Source: Peribolospora baueri | Lineage: Eukaryota | Length of the DNA: 64,000 nucleotides | Direction: 5' to 3' | NCBI GenBank assembly: GCA_029717555.1 | Contig: JAMDHS010000001.1 | Location: 310,001 to 374,000, forward strand | Shown here: positions 1 through 13,034 of the stretch, piece after piece | How positions within the stretch are numbered: position 1 is the stretch's first letter | How the letters are laid out: each line of letters begins with the position of its first letter | Made by a program: the position numbers and the translations under genes | Notes under the pieces: generated by a model | Told to the model about the DNA's origin: nothing | The model's database searches: none | Seen by the model: the letters and a program-made list of their open reading frames with translations, nothing else

Positions 1-468
1 CTGATCGATGATGACCACCGAGCCCGCCTCGCCTCGTCCTAGTTTCCCGTCCATCCCTCCTCCTTCACTCAGACTGGCCATAGTTCTCCGACGACGTCCA
101 ACGAAACGAGACCTCGAACGCGACATGTCCGACTTGCACGACGCTCCCATGTCTGACGCTGGAGCGGGCCCGTCGGCGTCGGCGTCGCCGTCAGCGCCAA
201 ACGCGCCCGGGCCGACGGGCGCATCGGCTCTGTCGTCCGGCAGCGCGCCCCCGAACGTCGTCCAGGCGCCCACGCCGACGGCGGTAGGGACGACGAGTAG
301 GGGGGTGGGAGGTGCTCCCGTAGACGTCTCGACGCCTCCCACGTCCGAGAACGAGGCCGAGGCCGAGGACGAGGACGAGGACGAGGAAGACGATGACATG
401 CCGCCGGCGGAGAGGATGAATGAGGGTCGGGGTCTGGACGACGTGGAGGGCGGTTCGGACGTGGACAT
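1..468 (-). CDS. Hypothetical protein, 5' part (runs off the left edge)
   Basis: Open minus-strand frame from ATG at 468 (MSTSEPPSTSSRPRPSFILSAGGMSSSS...GRGEAGSVVIIDQ) with no stop before the window edge. The + strand ORF 8..811 looks like its antisense shadow. No domain recognised. Confidence 0.4.
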   Translation of the reverse strand, partial: MSTSEPPSTSSRPRPSFILSAGGMSSSSSSSSSSSASASFSDVGGVETSTGAPPTPLLVVPTAVGVGAWTTFGGALPDDRADAPVGPGAFGADGDADADGPAPASDMGASCKSDMSRSRSRFVGRRRRTMASLSEGGGMDGKLGRGEAGSVVIIDQ

Positions 469-1299
469 GCCGTCGGTGGAGGACGAGGCGATGAGAACCT
501 TGCGCGGAGGAACCTGGCCGGAGGGGACGGGTACGGAGACGGGGCGGCAGGGAGGGGGAAGGGGAGGGGGAGGGGGAGGGTCGGTCGTGTCTGGGCAGCG
601 TGACGGGCGGAAGGGGAGGAGTAGGCGTTATCGAGTGCACGGCGGCGGACGGGCGGAGGGACAGGGCGGACTGGATTGGGGTGGTGGTGCCGGTCTGATG
701 GAGAGGCGAGTGGAAGAGAAGGTAAGCAGGCGCGAAGGGCGCGAAGGGTCCAGCGAGGGTCGGCCAATTCTTACGGAATGTAATGGAAATGCGAAAAAGC
801 GAGCGGTCTGACACGTTTTTTCCCCACGTTTTCGGCTGTCCCAGCTGTTGGACGAAAAGATTCGGGAGCGCTACATCCAAGGTGAGACCTCGCTTCCGTC
901 GTTATTTCCTCCCATCCATCGCAGCTGGAGAGCGGCGATCGCATCTCCTCTCCTCGTTCATGCACCGTCGCGCGGCGGGAGGCTGATGTCGCCAACTCGC
1001 ACCGTTTGTTTGCGTCCCCGTCGTCGTGCAGAGATTGGCGACCCTTTCGACGAGCCGCCCACGACGGTGACGGTGACGTTGTCGTCGTCGTCGTGACGCG
1101 CGCAATCGCTACCTTTTTTTTTTTTTTTTTTTTTTTTCTTCCTTTCTACATCATCCTCCTCCAAACGACCCACGTCACGTCCGCAACCGTCTGCCTGCCG
1201 CATTCCATGTACCACTACAACATGCCGTGTATACCCACCGACAGACGTCCGACGTCTCTGTCGTCTATCCCATCTTCATCGCGTCCTTCCAGCGTCGCC

Positions 1300-2941
1300 T
1301 CAAGGCTGATGAGAGACCTTAAGATCGGCGAGGTCGACGACGTTGAAGAAGATATCCCAAAAGCGGGGGACCTGATGATCATCATCATGATGGAAAAGCA
1401 GGACGCGGATGATGGGGACCGAGAAACTGGGAAGAAAGCGCACCGCGCCGCCAGGTAGCCAGGTAGGACCGATAGGACTCACGTCGAGCTCCTCAGCGAC
1501 CCATACGTTCCTTCCTCCCGTGGCCCAACCAAGGTCACCTTTGGGATGGGTATAATCCCACAAGTCGACGACGGTGGCGCCCATCGTGAGGCCGTTGGCG
1601 CAGTCGACGTCTACGCGGTACCTCTTGCCGCGCAGCAGGGTCGGGTCGATGATGTAGGCCGCGGTGAGGGCGTCGTGGAGGGGCGGGCCGGAGGTGAAGT
1701 GGAAGGTGGAGGCGTAGGTGGAAGCGAAGTAGGTCATGGCAGTGGAGAGGACGGTGCGGAGGGTGGAGAGCGAGGGGGCGGAGTCGGAGACGGAAGGAGA
1801 AGGGCGCAAGAGACGGCGGTGGAGTTCGGGGGTGAAGATGGCGGTGTGGGTGACGTTGAGGCCGATCATGACCACAGGTACGGGGGCGGCGTATACGATC
1901 GACGCGGCTTCGGGGTCGACGAGGATGTTGAACTCTGCAAGGCGACGCGCACATGGAATGCGGCGCGGAGGTGATGGATAAGATCGATGGGGCGACGGAT
2001 GACGACGGCAAGGGATGGAGGAGGGTAAAAAGCAAAGTCGACCGGCGGGGCTCACCGGCGACGGGACTCCGATTGCCGACGCCGACGGCGCCGCCCATAG
2101 AAACGATCTCGCTGACGCCGTCCAACAACTCGGGGAACGTCTTGACGAAGAGGGCGATGTTGGTCAAGGGACCGGTGGCCAGGATGGTGACCTTTTGCGG
2201 TCGCTCGGACGGGGGCGGGTTGAAGTAGCGGGCGCGGATGGCGGAGGCGAGGCCGAGGATAGCGTGGGACGGGCCGGGGCCACCGGAGGCGGTCTGGGGA
2301 CACAGGCGGGCTTGGACGCCTGGCGAGTCGATGGGAGGCCTGAGAGGGGGTGTGCGAAGGAGACGAGGAGGGCGAGTGTGGAGACGATGTGAGCTCACGC
2401 GCTGACGCCATAGGCAGCCACACTCGGGCGATGCGAGCGAGAGGGGTCGCGAAGGAGGATTCGAGCGAAAGCCGTCTCGAAAGCCAGCCGTCTATCTGGC
2501 TATTTGTCTATCTATCTCACAGCCCCTCGACACCGCCCAAGCCGTCCTCGCCATGGATGCCGGCGTCTGTGCGACGAGGCTTGACGAGCGGGTCGTCGGC
2601 GCCTCTGAAGAGCGGCAAGACGTCCGGGGGAGGCGCTTGGAAGGCCTCGAGCAGGCGGGCGCAGTTGACGTGGGTGAGCGATTGCGGTGCGTTGCCGCCC
2701 ACCTGAAGTTCCAGAGGGGAGGGGAAAGGAAGACAGACGAGTGGGAGCGGTGAGCACAGTGCGGCGGGCGGGCGGAGAGCGAGGACAAGCGGGCGGACGG
2801 ACGGCTCACCGAGCTGACGCCGACCAGTTCAATGGCGGGAGTGTGGAGGGCGAGGGCGAGGCAGACGGCATCGTCGTGGCCGGGGTCCATGTCGAGCCAG
2901 CATGGCTTGGGGGTGGGCGTGGCTGTCGTCGGGGCGGACAT
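1300..2941 (-). CDS. URH1: Inosine/uridine-preferring nucleoside hydrolase (uridine nucleosidase), multi-exon
   Basis: N-terminal WLDMDPGHDDA motif, IHGEDGLGG, ATGPLTNIA, MGG, (A)EFNILVDPEAA and PPLHD, joined across GT..AG introns. Confidence 0.9.
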
Positions 2942-3604
2942 GGGAGAGCAAGACAGAGAGCGGGTATGGAGGGAGACGGCGACCTCGTGCGAGCCGGCTC
3001 GGAGGAGGACAGCGCGGAGCCAAAGCGGTGACGTCGACGGACGCTCGACGGACGCTCGACGCGCAGGTCGGCGACGTGCCCATCGCCGTCGGTCATCTTA
3101 TCTTATCTTCGTCTTCGTCTTCGTCGTCTTCGTCGTCGTGCTCGTCGACATCTTCAACGCCTGTGTCGCTGTTCCAACTCGTCTCCTTCTCCCTCTCCCT
3201 CCCTCTTTCCCAGCAGACGGCCGCTCGGCTTGTTTCGCTTCCTGCTGCGCGCAACGCGTCTATCGCCAACTCGACCGATGCCTGGCCGGTGCGAATGCAG
3301 GTATGTGAGAAGAAAAGGTGGATGGGACTCGTCACCTTGGTCATGCCCACCCGCGTCGTCGTCCCGGCCAGAGGCGAGCGCTGTGGCGAAGGAAGACGAC
3401 GGCCCCGTGGACTCCACGTGGAGGTCAACCGACTGACGTCATCGACGTCGCACGACCGACCGAGGGACCGACGACCGCGTTCGCCTCGTCCAGGGCGAGG
3501 AACGAGGATGAGGGCGAGCGTGTCTCTGTCTGTACCGTGTCTTCTTCGTCTTTGTCTTTGTCTTCCTCTTCCTCTTCCTCTTCGTCGCCACCACCGCCGC
3601 CACC

Positions 3605-6120
3605 ATGCTTCGGCCCCCTCGCCCTCCCTCCTCCCAACCACGACCCGACCGTTCCAACGATGGCATCCCTGGCCTCGCCCTTGACACCTCCCACCATGCC
3701 CTCCCCTCGCTCGACAGCGCCAAACGCAGCAAGAACGACATCTTCGGCCAGAACTGGAGCGCCACCGCACCCAACGTTGCCCTCCTACGTCCCTCGCCCC
3801 CCTCTTCCATCGTTGTCACCACCCCCGCGCCACCCTCGATCACCGTCCCCGTCATCCGCACCGACGTCCCTGGCCAAGACGGCGACGGCGGACCCAGGGC
3901 CTCCCTCTCCAGTGCCAGCGGCCACGGCAGGGTGACCAGGGAGAGCTTGGGCGTCGCCACCACCACCGCCGCCGCCACGGCTGGCAGACCGCTGGTTGAG
4001 CACAGCGCCACTCCCACCTACGCCACCTTCCATTCCCTCCCCTCCCCTTCGCCTTCCGCCACCTCCCCTCCACCTAGCCTCCGCAGCGCCGGCGACGCCA
4101 ACGCCCACGCCCGCACAACCAGCCTCGCAGCCCCCTCCACACCCTCCCCAGCCCATGCGGAACCCAACCTGCGCCTTTTTCTCTCCCCCTCTTACCTTCT
4201 CGGCACCGGCCGCAACTCCGAGGTGTTCCTCGCCTCCGTGCGCGCGGCAAGCGCCCCGTGGGCAGGCTGGGAGTTGTGCGCCGTCAAGCGCGTTCATGCG
4301 GATCACGAGAGTCAGCGCGTGGGCCTCGCCGAGGCGTTTGCGTTGAGGAAGCTCGGCGCCGCTCGACCTGTGGACGGCAGCGGCAGCGACGACGGCGGCC
4401 ATCCGAACATTGTTCGCCTCCTCACCGTCAAGGACGAGGTGGAGGTGCGTGCGTCGCTCAGGGCCGTCTCGGACCGTCTTGCAGGCGCCAGTGGCGCTGG
4501 CCTTGATCAGGAGACTGTATTGGCCGTTTCCTCGCGAGAGGAGGCCCTTTGCCGACGGTCTCATGACCACCAGCGCTCGTTGGGCTTTGGTCGCCCGCTT
4601 TCAACGCCCTCTGCCAGCGACCTCGCGGACCAGGAACAAGTGCAATCTCCCCTCCCTCGTTCCGTCTCCCTCACCGCCCTCTCTCGCTTTCAAGCCCATC
4701 CTCGTCACACCCAAGTCGCCTCCGTTGTTGGCGCGTCTCCGGCCTCCCCTACTCCCGTTTCCATTTCTGTCTCCATCCCAAGAGACCCGCCAAGACTGCT
4801 TCTCCTCTTCGAGCTCCTCTCCTCCAGCGCACACTCTTTCGTCACCAGGCGCGCCGAAGAGGTGGACCGGACGCTCTTCTTCCGATGGGCTAGGCAGCTC
4901 GCGAGCGCCTTGGCCTGGTGTCACGAAAGGGGTTGGGCCCATTGCGACGTCAAGCCTGAGAACATGCTCGTCAGTCCCCGCTTCGGCTCGCCCGTCGTCG
5001 CATCCAAGTCTGCTTCCGGGACCCGTTAGAGCTGACTTTGTCCATTTTGCTATTCCTTTTCCTCCTATAGCTCACCGACGCCCTCGACGTCAAGCTATGC
5101 GACTTCAACTCGGCCATCTTGATCCCCTCGCCTCCTCATCCGCCCCCTACCGACGGCCTCGGTCTAGGGACGCCAACCTACTCCGCCCCAGAGCTCTCCC
5201 ACCCCCCGCCATCCCCCTTCGGGTTTCCCGCCGACGTCTTCTCCATCGCCGCGTCGTGGTGGTTTCTTCTTACCGCAAGAGAGCCCTTTCGACGCGTTCG
5301 CAGCGCCGTCGAGCTTCGTCACCGCAAGGAAACCTTTTGGGAGTGGAACGAGGCGGAACAGATGGAGAGGATGGAGAGCGAGATGGAGTGTGATCGCCAT
5401 CGTGGCCGAACCGTCCATCTCGGTCGCGGTCGCGGTCCAGTGCCTGCGCCTGCGCCTGCGCCCGCGCCATTTGCCGCATCGTTCAACGACCGGTCGAATA
5501 CGTCCATGTCCACGACGCGCAGCGCTCGCGACAGCAGCGCCGAGTCCGTCGCCTCCCCCGGCTCTACGGCGGCGTCCGCGGCGGCGGCGGCGACGCTGAT
5601 GGGTGGACGCAAACCAACGCTGGCCACGCTCACCACCCTCGTCGGCCCCAAGGCGGCGCAGGAGATCGTGGCAGCTCGAGGGACGGAGGGGTACGACTCG
5701 ATGCCAGCCTCGCCCTCGCCGGCCCATGTCGGAGTCAGAACAAGGACAACAACGACGACGGCGATGACGCACGCTCGCATGCCGTCTTCGGAACTCTCGC
5801 CTTTGCTCTTGTCCCCGTACCGTCCACATACACCTTCCTTGCTCACCTCGTCGTCAGCATCCGTCTCCAGCGCCGACGAGGACGGCGAAGCGCCGTGCGA
5901 GCAAAGAAGTCGCGCCGCCCTTGCGGACGTGCCCGAGCACGACCACGAGCACGAGCACGACCTCCACCTCCCTTACCCCGACGGCTCGCCCGCCATGTCG
6001 TTCCTCGGTGGCGGGCGCGTCCCGGACGAGCTCCGCCAGCTTATGAAGCGCATGCTCGCGCTGAGGCCCTCGGATCGCCCGACGTCGAAAGACGTCCTGA
6101 CCGTGCTGGACGAACTCTAA
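3605..6120 (+). CDS. Ser/Thr protein kinase with long low-complexity inserts (intron ~4969-5070)
   Basis: LGTGRNSEV Gly-loop, CAVK, HPNIV, HCDVKPEN, KLCDFNSA, GTPTYSAPE, DVFS and C-terminal LRPSDRPT. Confidence 0.85.
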
Positions 6121-6518
6121 GCCTTTTCTTTTCCACCCTTTTCTCTTTCTTTCTCTTCTCTTCTCTCGTCTCTCTCTTTCTCTCCTCTCGTCTCTCTATT
6201 TCTCTCTTCTCCCATCTCCTTCCAGTCTCGTCTCTTCCCTTCCCGCCTCGCTCGGTTTCGCCTCCGTTCTACAAGTGTATCCTTAAGGACCTTTCGCACA
6301 TCGATCCCCTTGTACGCCTTCGGTCGGAAATGCGTTACCCCCCCCCCCCCCAAACACCCACATGTAATTTTCCGCGTCACGCCGTGTACGTTAGCGCTGA
6401 GCGGAGCGTTTCGCTCGCTCGCTCCCATCTATCGGGTAGATTGCAATCCGCACATCACAGCACAACCTGACCTTTTTTGCTTCGCCGTTTCGTAAACCGC
6501 CGACGCGCGCTCGCTCGC

Positions 6519-7975
6519 TCAAACGTCGTCGCCTCGGCCGCGATCGACGATGGCAAACTCCCACGTCCTGCACTCCCCGCCGGCGGCGGCATTGGTGCGC
6601 TCGTCGTCGCCTGCCCCGTCTGCGCCTGCGCCGCGCAGGATCTCCTCGTTCTCCGCCTTGCTCAGCCCCTCCTCGAAGCCGATCGTCCGGCGGTGCGCGT
6701 AGCCGGGGTACAGACGCGGATGAAACTCGAACGAGCGCAGCTGGGCGTACCGACGAGGGTGGAGTACTTCTTTCGCGGCCGGTCTGGAAGACACCGACTT
6801 GGATTTGGGTTTTGACTTGGAGGAAGAAGAAGGGAGCGACGGCGCAGCGGACAGAATGGCTGGTGCGACGGAGGGACCGCGTTTGGCGAGCAGGGGCACA
6901 TCCCACAACGTGTACGGAGCCGAGTTGCGCACGGTGACCAGCACCCGGCCTAAGCAATTTGGAGGGACGAAGGGCTTGAGCGTCGTCGCTTGCCGAGTAC
7001 CGTATCCGTCCTCTTCTCCCCCTTCTCCGCCATCGTCCTTTGTTGAGCCACGATGCTCCTCCAAGGCCGTTCCGTCTCCAGAGTCCCAATCCGCCTCATC
7101 CGGTTCCGCCTCGCCCACGTCCTCCCCGTTCCCCGCCTCATCCTCCGAGTCCACTTCCGCCGCCTTGCGCTTCCGCTTGCTGCCCCTCCTTTCTCCCGCC
7201 AAGTGCGCGAGCGTGCTCGCAGCGTACGACGGCGGAGGTCCCTCGGTGAGGAAAGGGGCGACGGAGGAGAAGAAGCGGAGGAGCAGCAACTGGTTCGTCA
7301 AGATGTTCCGGTTCTGGTCCTTCAACCCGGCGCCCGCGTGAGGAAAGTTGAACGCCACGACGCTGAACCTCTTGCCGCCCAGATCCTTGCACTTGTCCAG
7401 CGCGCCCGCATCAACGCCAAAGAGGACCGTCGCTCCTCGTCGTCGGACCTCGGACACGATCCGCTGCGCGTCGGGGTACTTGTAGTAGCACGTCTCTTCG
7501 TCGTCGAGCGCTGTCGCAACCACTAGAGACGCTGATGACGGAGGGAGTCGATGAGTGAGAAGTGCCAGTGTAAACGAAAAGTTCCCTGTAAGACGGAAGC
7601 GATGAGGACGGCGTTGAGGAAAGGGAAAGGAAAACGGTGAGACATGGCATCACCAACGGCCGACCAAGCCCTTCCGAGGAACAAAATAGGACACTCGCCT
7701 TCGCCGACGAGCAAAATCGTGTCGTCCTTTCCAAATGGCATGGTCAGCTTCTCTTTTCCCTTCCCCTTCCCTTTCACGCCAGCACCGAGCTTTCCCTTGG
7801 CGCTGCCGCCGCCGCTCTCCTTCGCCTCGCCCTTCGCTTTCTTTCCTCCCTCCTGAGCAGCCCCGACGGACGCGGCCTTGCGCTCCTCAGCCTGCAATCG
7901 AGCGCGCGCTCGTTCCTTCTGAGCCTGTAGCTTGTGGTGCGAGCCCAAGGCCGCCTTGAGGTTTTTTTTGGCCAT
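6519..7975 (-). CDS. BMT5: 25S rRNA (uridine-N3)-methyltransferase, DUF2431 family
   Basis: ILLVGEG|NFSF across the intron, ATALD, KYPDA, LFGVDA, FNFPHAG and DQNRNILTNQ motifs; Lys-rich N-terminus. Confidence 0.9.
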
Positions 7976-8311
7976 GATGGGTCGTCACCGCGAGCATGTG
8001 GACGAACAACGTTCCAGCGACCGACTGGCTCGCCGGGACGATCTTCGATCTCCCCCAAAGACTGCGGCATTCAACACCGACGACGTCTTTCTTCGCCGCC
8101 CATTTACTTCGCCAATCCGCCCGTCGTAACCGTACGGTCAAGAATCTATGTATTTGTATATTAACGGAGGAAGTCTACGTTCGTGCGATTCAAGTGTAAG
8201 AATGATACAATAGATGAAACGGGAATTGTAGCAACAGAGCGCTGTCTGGCTCGACGGCGAAACCCGTCACGCCGACTCTCTCTAGCCTCGGGCCGCCGCC
8301 GCGTTCGCCGC

Positions 8312-11300
8312 CTAGTCGGCCATGTCCTTTGCCCAACGCTCTCTGAGCTTGCGCGTGAGCGTCTCCCTAGCCATGGCCTCAATTTTGGTCTCCTTATCGT
8401 CCTGTAAATCTTCCTCGCCCGCCACCTGCTCCGCCAGCTCGAGCTTGCGATCGCCGAGGGACAACACGTCCTCGTCGATGCTGTCCCTGCAGATGAGCTT
8501 GATCACCTCCACGTTCTTCGTCTGTCCAATTCGGTAGCTCCGGTCGGCCGCTTGTTTGTCCTGTGGGACGGGTGGGAAGACAATACTCAGCTGACCTGAG
8601 CACTCTCGCAACGACCGTAGGCGTGATGGCGACGGACTCACATTGTGCGGGTTGAAATCGAGGTCGTAGAAGATGACGACGTTTGCCGTGATCAAGTTGA
8701 TGCCGAGACCGCCTGCGAATGGAAGAAGCATGGTGAGGTCAGGGTCGGAAACGACTGCCAGGAGTACAAAAAAAAATACGGCGCTCCTTCCTGAACTCAC
8801 CGGCCTTGGTCGAGAGGAGCATCACATCGATACTCTCGTCCTCGGTGAACTCGTCGATCATCGCTTGTCGCTCCTCGACCGGCGTCTGACCGGTGAGCAA
8901 GCGATACTGGACGCCCATGTGACGGAGCGCCTCCTGGAGGATATGAAGGAGTTGGACAAACTGGGAAAAAATGAGGATGCGGTCTCCGCGTTGTCGCATC
9001 TCGGGTATGAGCCGCTGGAGAGCTTGCACTTTGGCGGACTGCAAGTACACTTCGTCCGACAGGGCGTGTCGTCGAGTGGACTGGGCGGACGACGTTTCGG
9101 TAAGAAAGTACGATGGCTTAGCGGCAAGGACGAACCGATGAATAATTCCGAACACCAGACCTGGGGCCGCGATTGCGCTTACCGGGTATCTTGCGGCAAA
9201 AGCGTTGAGCTCAGCGTCGGTCATTACGCCCATGTCTTCCATCACCAAATCTAGATTACGATCGGCAAACTCGGGTTCCCTCAAGCAATCCCTAGCCAGC
9301 GCGGCAACTTTTTCGTCGTTAAAATGCCGGCGGAAGAGCATCGGATGGGCAGCCGCCTTGCGGAGGTCCATGACGATGTTAGCACTCGAGCCTGAAACGT
9401 CCTTCGGCTCTTTCGACGGACGACCCTGACCCTTGCCGGCCTTTTCGCCGATGGGCGTGGACTCGCGACTAGAGCCCGTCGTCCCGTCCACGATGACTTT
9501 CTTGGACCTTGCGACAGTCTCCGCGTAAATCTCCTTCTGCTCGGCCGTCATCTCGCAATACTCGACACGTTCCGTCTTCGCGGGAAGGTCTTTCAAGACC
9601 TGATGTCGATAGTAGAGAGCACCATGCGGTCAGTTTGCGCCCGGTGCGAAGGTCAGATCGTCACAAAAGACATGATCTCGTAACCCACCTGATCCTTCCG
9701 GCGTCGAAGAACGAAGGGCTCCATCATCTTCTTGGCTCGATCGATCCTCCTCCGGCCCAGAGCGTTGTTGTGAGCGTCGGGTTTGGCCTGTCGAAGAAAA
9801 ACACGAAGGAGAAAAGGCCAGACTCCGATCAGCATCGTTGCGAGCGAGAGGGCTAGAAGACTGAAATCCATTGGCGAGAGAAGGAACGGACCTTGAAGAT
9901 CGTCCGCAGAGCCTCGTCCGCGCTCTCGAAGTAGTCAGGCAATATGAACTTGAGGAGGGACTGGATGACGAAGCAAACCAACGTACGCTTCACGTCAATG
10001 GAGACACACCGCGAGCGACCACCACTTCTCCGGTAGAAAAGAAAGAAGAAGAATTGAGCCAACGCACGATGAGCTCTTGAAGGTTGTTCTGCAAAGGCGT
10101 GCCGGTGAGGAGCAAGCGCCATTTGGGACGAATACCGACAAGGTGTTCGTACGCTTTGGACTGACTGTTCTTGAGCTTGTGGCCTTCATCGTACACCGCC
10201 ACCTGCATGCGCAATGGGCCGCGCCCTGAAGGGTCAGCTGGCGAACGGGATCGAGTAGGGGCATGAACTAAGCAAGAAGCCGGGGAAGACTCACGTTAAA
10301 CCTCGCCTTACGAAGGAACAGTCGGTCCTCCTTGCTCCCGCTCGCGAGGTTGTACGTCGTGACGATGACATCGACATCTGCCAAGTTGTCCATCAGGTAA
10401 TAGCGAAGGTCGGTGCGCTGCTTCTGGGAGCCATAATAGCTTTCGACGGCCAGATCGGGAGAGAAACGCCGGAACTCGCGCAGCCAGTTCTCCAGCGTGG
10501 ACGACGGAACAATAACCAGGTGCGGCGCTTTGACGCCGATCGCTTTGAGGTGGGTCAGGAAGGAGATCACCTGTGCCGTCTTTCCAAGCCCTGGAGGAGA
10601 TGCGCGCGTCCCATCCCGTTCGTCAGCCTCGTTGGAGTCGGGGTCGGACGTTAGGATGTGGGACGGACTTACCCATTTCGTCGGCCAGGATGCAGCTCAG
10701 GCCCTTGCTGAACATGACGTTGAGCCAGTTGACGCCGATGAGCTGATACTCTTTGAGGGTGATGTCTGGGCTCAGCCCGGCGGGTTGGCTTTCGAGGTAA
10801 TTGTCTGTCGTGATCTTGTTCTGCTTTTGAGGTGAGACGGAGGCGAGATGCATGCCGGCATCGCTATCGTCATCAACGTTCACAGCTCCTCGAGACTTGC
10901 TCTTAGCGGCCACGTTGCTGTCGCCCTCGTCGACCCACGACCTGAATATTGCAGTGAGCTCGCGACCGACCTCTTCGCATTTTCGAAGAACGCCGTCGAC
11001 CGTGTAGTAACCCTGGAGAAAGTGCAAGCGCCGTTACGCCGATAAGTGCGAGACGTTCGATCCCCATCTGTCTGGGCTCGATGCGACTCACCGCTGCCAG
11101 GTCGACCGAGTTATCAAAAATCCTGTCTGAAATGCCTCTGTTCTTCTTATCGCTCAGCTTGCTGCGAAGATCCTCCACAGACATGAAAGGCCTCAAAGAG
11201 ACGATGAGCTTGGCTTGTTCAGGTTTGCAGCCTGAAAGGGAAGAGTGCGCGAATCAGACAACGACGTCGGCGACGAGCGCTCAAAGACATGCAAAACCGC

Positions 11301-12697
11301 CTTCTCACCGGACACATCGATGAGCGCCTGCTCGTCGTTGGACTGGAACCATTTCAGTGCCGCCGCCTCATCTCGCTCCGTTTTGCCGTCCTCGGAACCG
11401 TACGATTCGCCGTCCGAGGACACTCCTTCCTCGGATTCCGAAGCGTACTTCGCCGGTCGTTTAGATGTTTCAGCCTATGTGGGTAGAATGGACTCGTCAG
11501 TCTTGGCAGGGGCGGTGGACCCGTGATGGAAGACCTGAGGCGCGGTGAGAGGCGACGCACCCTTGGCCCCCGGGCGAGCACGCCCCTTTTCCGTGGTGGC
11601 GCTACAGGAGGTGGAGCTGTCGATTTTGCGACAGCCAATCCGGCGTCTTCCAGCAGGATCTGACTGGCCTTGTGGACGTCGCTCGCGCACGCTTCGAGCG
11701 CATGGCGAACCTGATCGGGCCCACGATCGGGGAAGCATTTGCAGAGCCTCTCCAGGTCGTCATTGGAGAACTTGGGAGCGGCGGGAGATTGGGGAGAAGT
11801 GGTGAGGTCGAAGACCTTTTTCGAGTGCGGAGACGTGACGGGCGTTTTCGCCTGTTTGGGGGGTGTCTCGGGGCTCAAAGGCGCTCTCCTCGCGCGTACG
11901 AGACGGCGCGTCTTGCCCGCTTTGGGTGGCCCGTGGGAGAGCTCTACGTCGCTCTCGCCCTCGGCGTCGTTATCGTCGTCGCCATCGGAAACGACGTGCA
12001 CCGTGGCGATCGCTTCGCCGAAAGCAGGGAGACTGTCTTGGCTCGTGCTCGCGCGCGACGAAGCCGACTTGTCGGTCCCTTTGAAGCGGAAGCGTTCGAG
12101 ATCGAGATGATTTTGGCTGGCCGACGCGCCCGCCGAGCTCTGGTCTGAAACTTTGAATTTTTTCCGCGCAGGCAAGCCAGAAGGCTGGACGCTGTCGTCG
12201 CCGCTGGCGGGAGAGGAGCGGCGAGACGGCGGGTGGGAGCTCTCGCTGCTGTAGCGAGACAGCAGTGAGGTGTGCCTATGCTCCCTCCGGCTGGAGGCCG
12301 ATTTGCTGCCCATCAGCACGTCGTCCTTCATCGAGCGATCGAACTTGTCCGCCAGGCCCGTCGACGCCTTGCCGCTATCTGCGTTACTGCCGGTCAAAGA
12401 GGCCATGGCGCGACCGTTCGCAGCGGCGCTGCTCTTTCTCTGAGGCTTCGCTAGCGGCGATGGAGGAAGAGAGCCTTGCCGGGGAGGGGAGACGGGCGCG
12501 GAGGGACTGGAGTCGAAGGCGAACACGCGAGGCTCGGCTCTGCGCTGAGAATCGCGGGAGCCGGTCGCAGGCGATCTGGATCTGGACGGAGAGAGGTGGG
12601 CAAACCCGTTGAGGTTGGAGTGAGACGAGCGATGACGAGCGGGGGACGAGGAAGCGTCTTGTATGGGATCGGAGGTGTCTGAGGGCAAGGTGGGCAT
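8312..12697 (-). CDS. FUN30: SNF2-family chromatin remodeller, Fun30/Fft/SMARCAD1 type, multi-exon
   Basis: CUE-like segment ([10 protein letters not shown]...VRHALEAC), [19 protein letters not shown](LGKT), [41 protein letters not shown](GG), DFNPHN and [11 protein letters not shown]. Start ATG inferred. Confidence 0.9.
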
Positions 12698-13034
12698 GTC
12701 GCAGCGGGAGCCGGGTAGGACTGCGAGCCGCCAAAAGGCGGTGGCCGAGACGACAGAAGGAGAGACTGACCTATGTAGGCTATGTCGCTGGGGACGTGTC
12801 CGCGGTCGTGGCCGTCGTCGTCGTCGTAGTGGCCGTCGCCGTCGTCGTGGTGTGGTGGTGTGGTGGTGGTCGTCGTCGACAAAGGTGTCGACTCTGAGCG
12901 AGGGATGGCGAGTTGTTGGAATGGCGTGTAAAAATGATTGTCCCGCGTTTCGATCGCGTCCGGCGTTTAACTTCGTCGTCCATCGTCCATCGTCGTGTGC
13001 ATCATCCATCGATTGATTGCTCTTCACAGACGCC

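Noticed and set aside
8..811. Plus-strand 267-aa acidic ORF
   Set aside because: It looks like the in-register antisense shadow of a minus-strand coding frame, which is common in GC-rich DNA. The same applies to most overlapping ORFs in the track.
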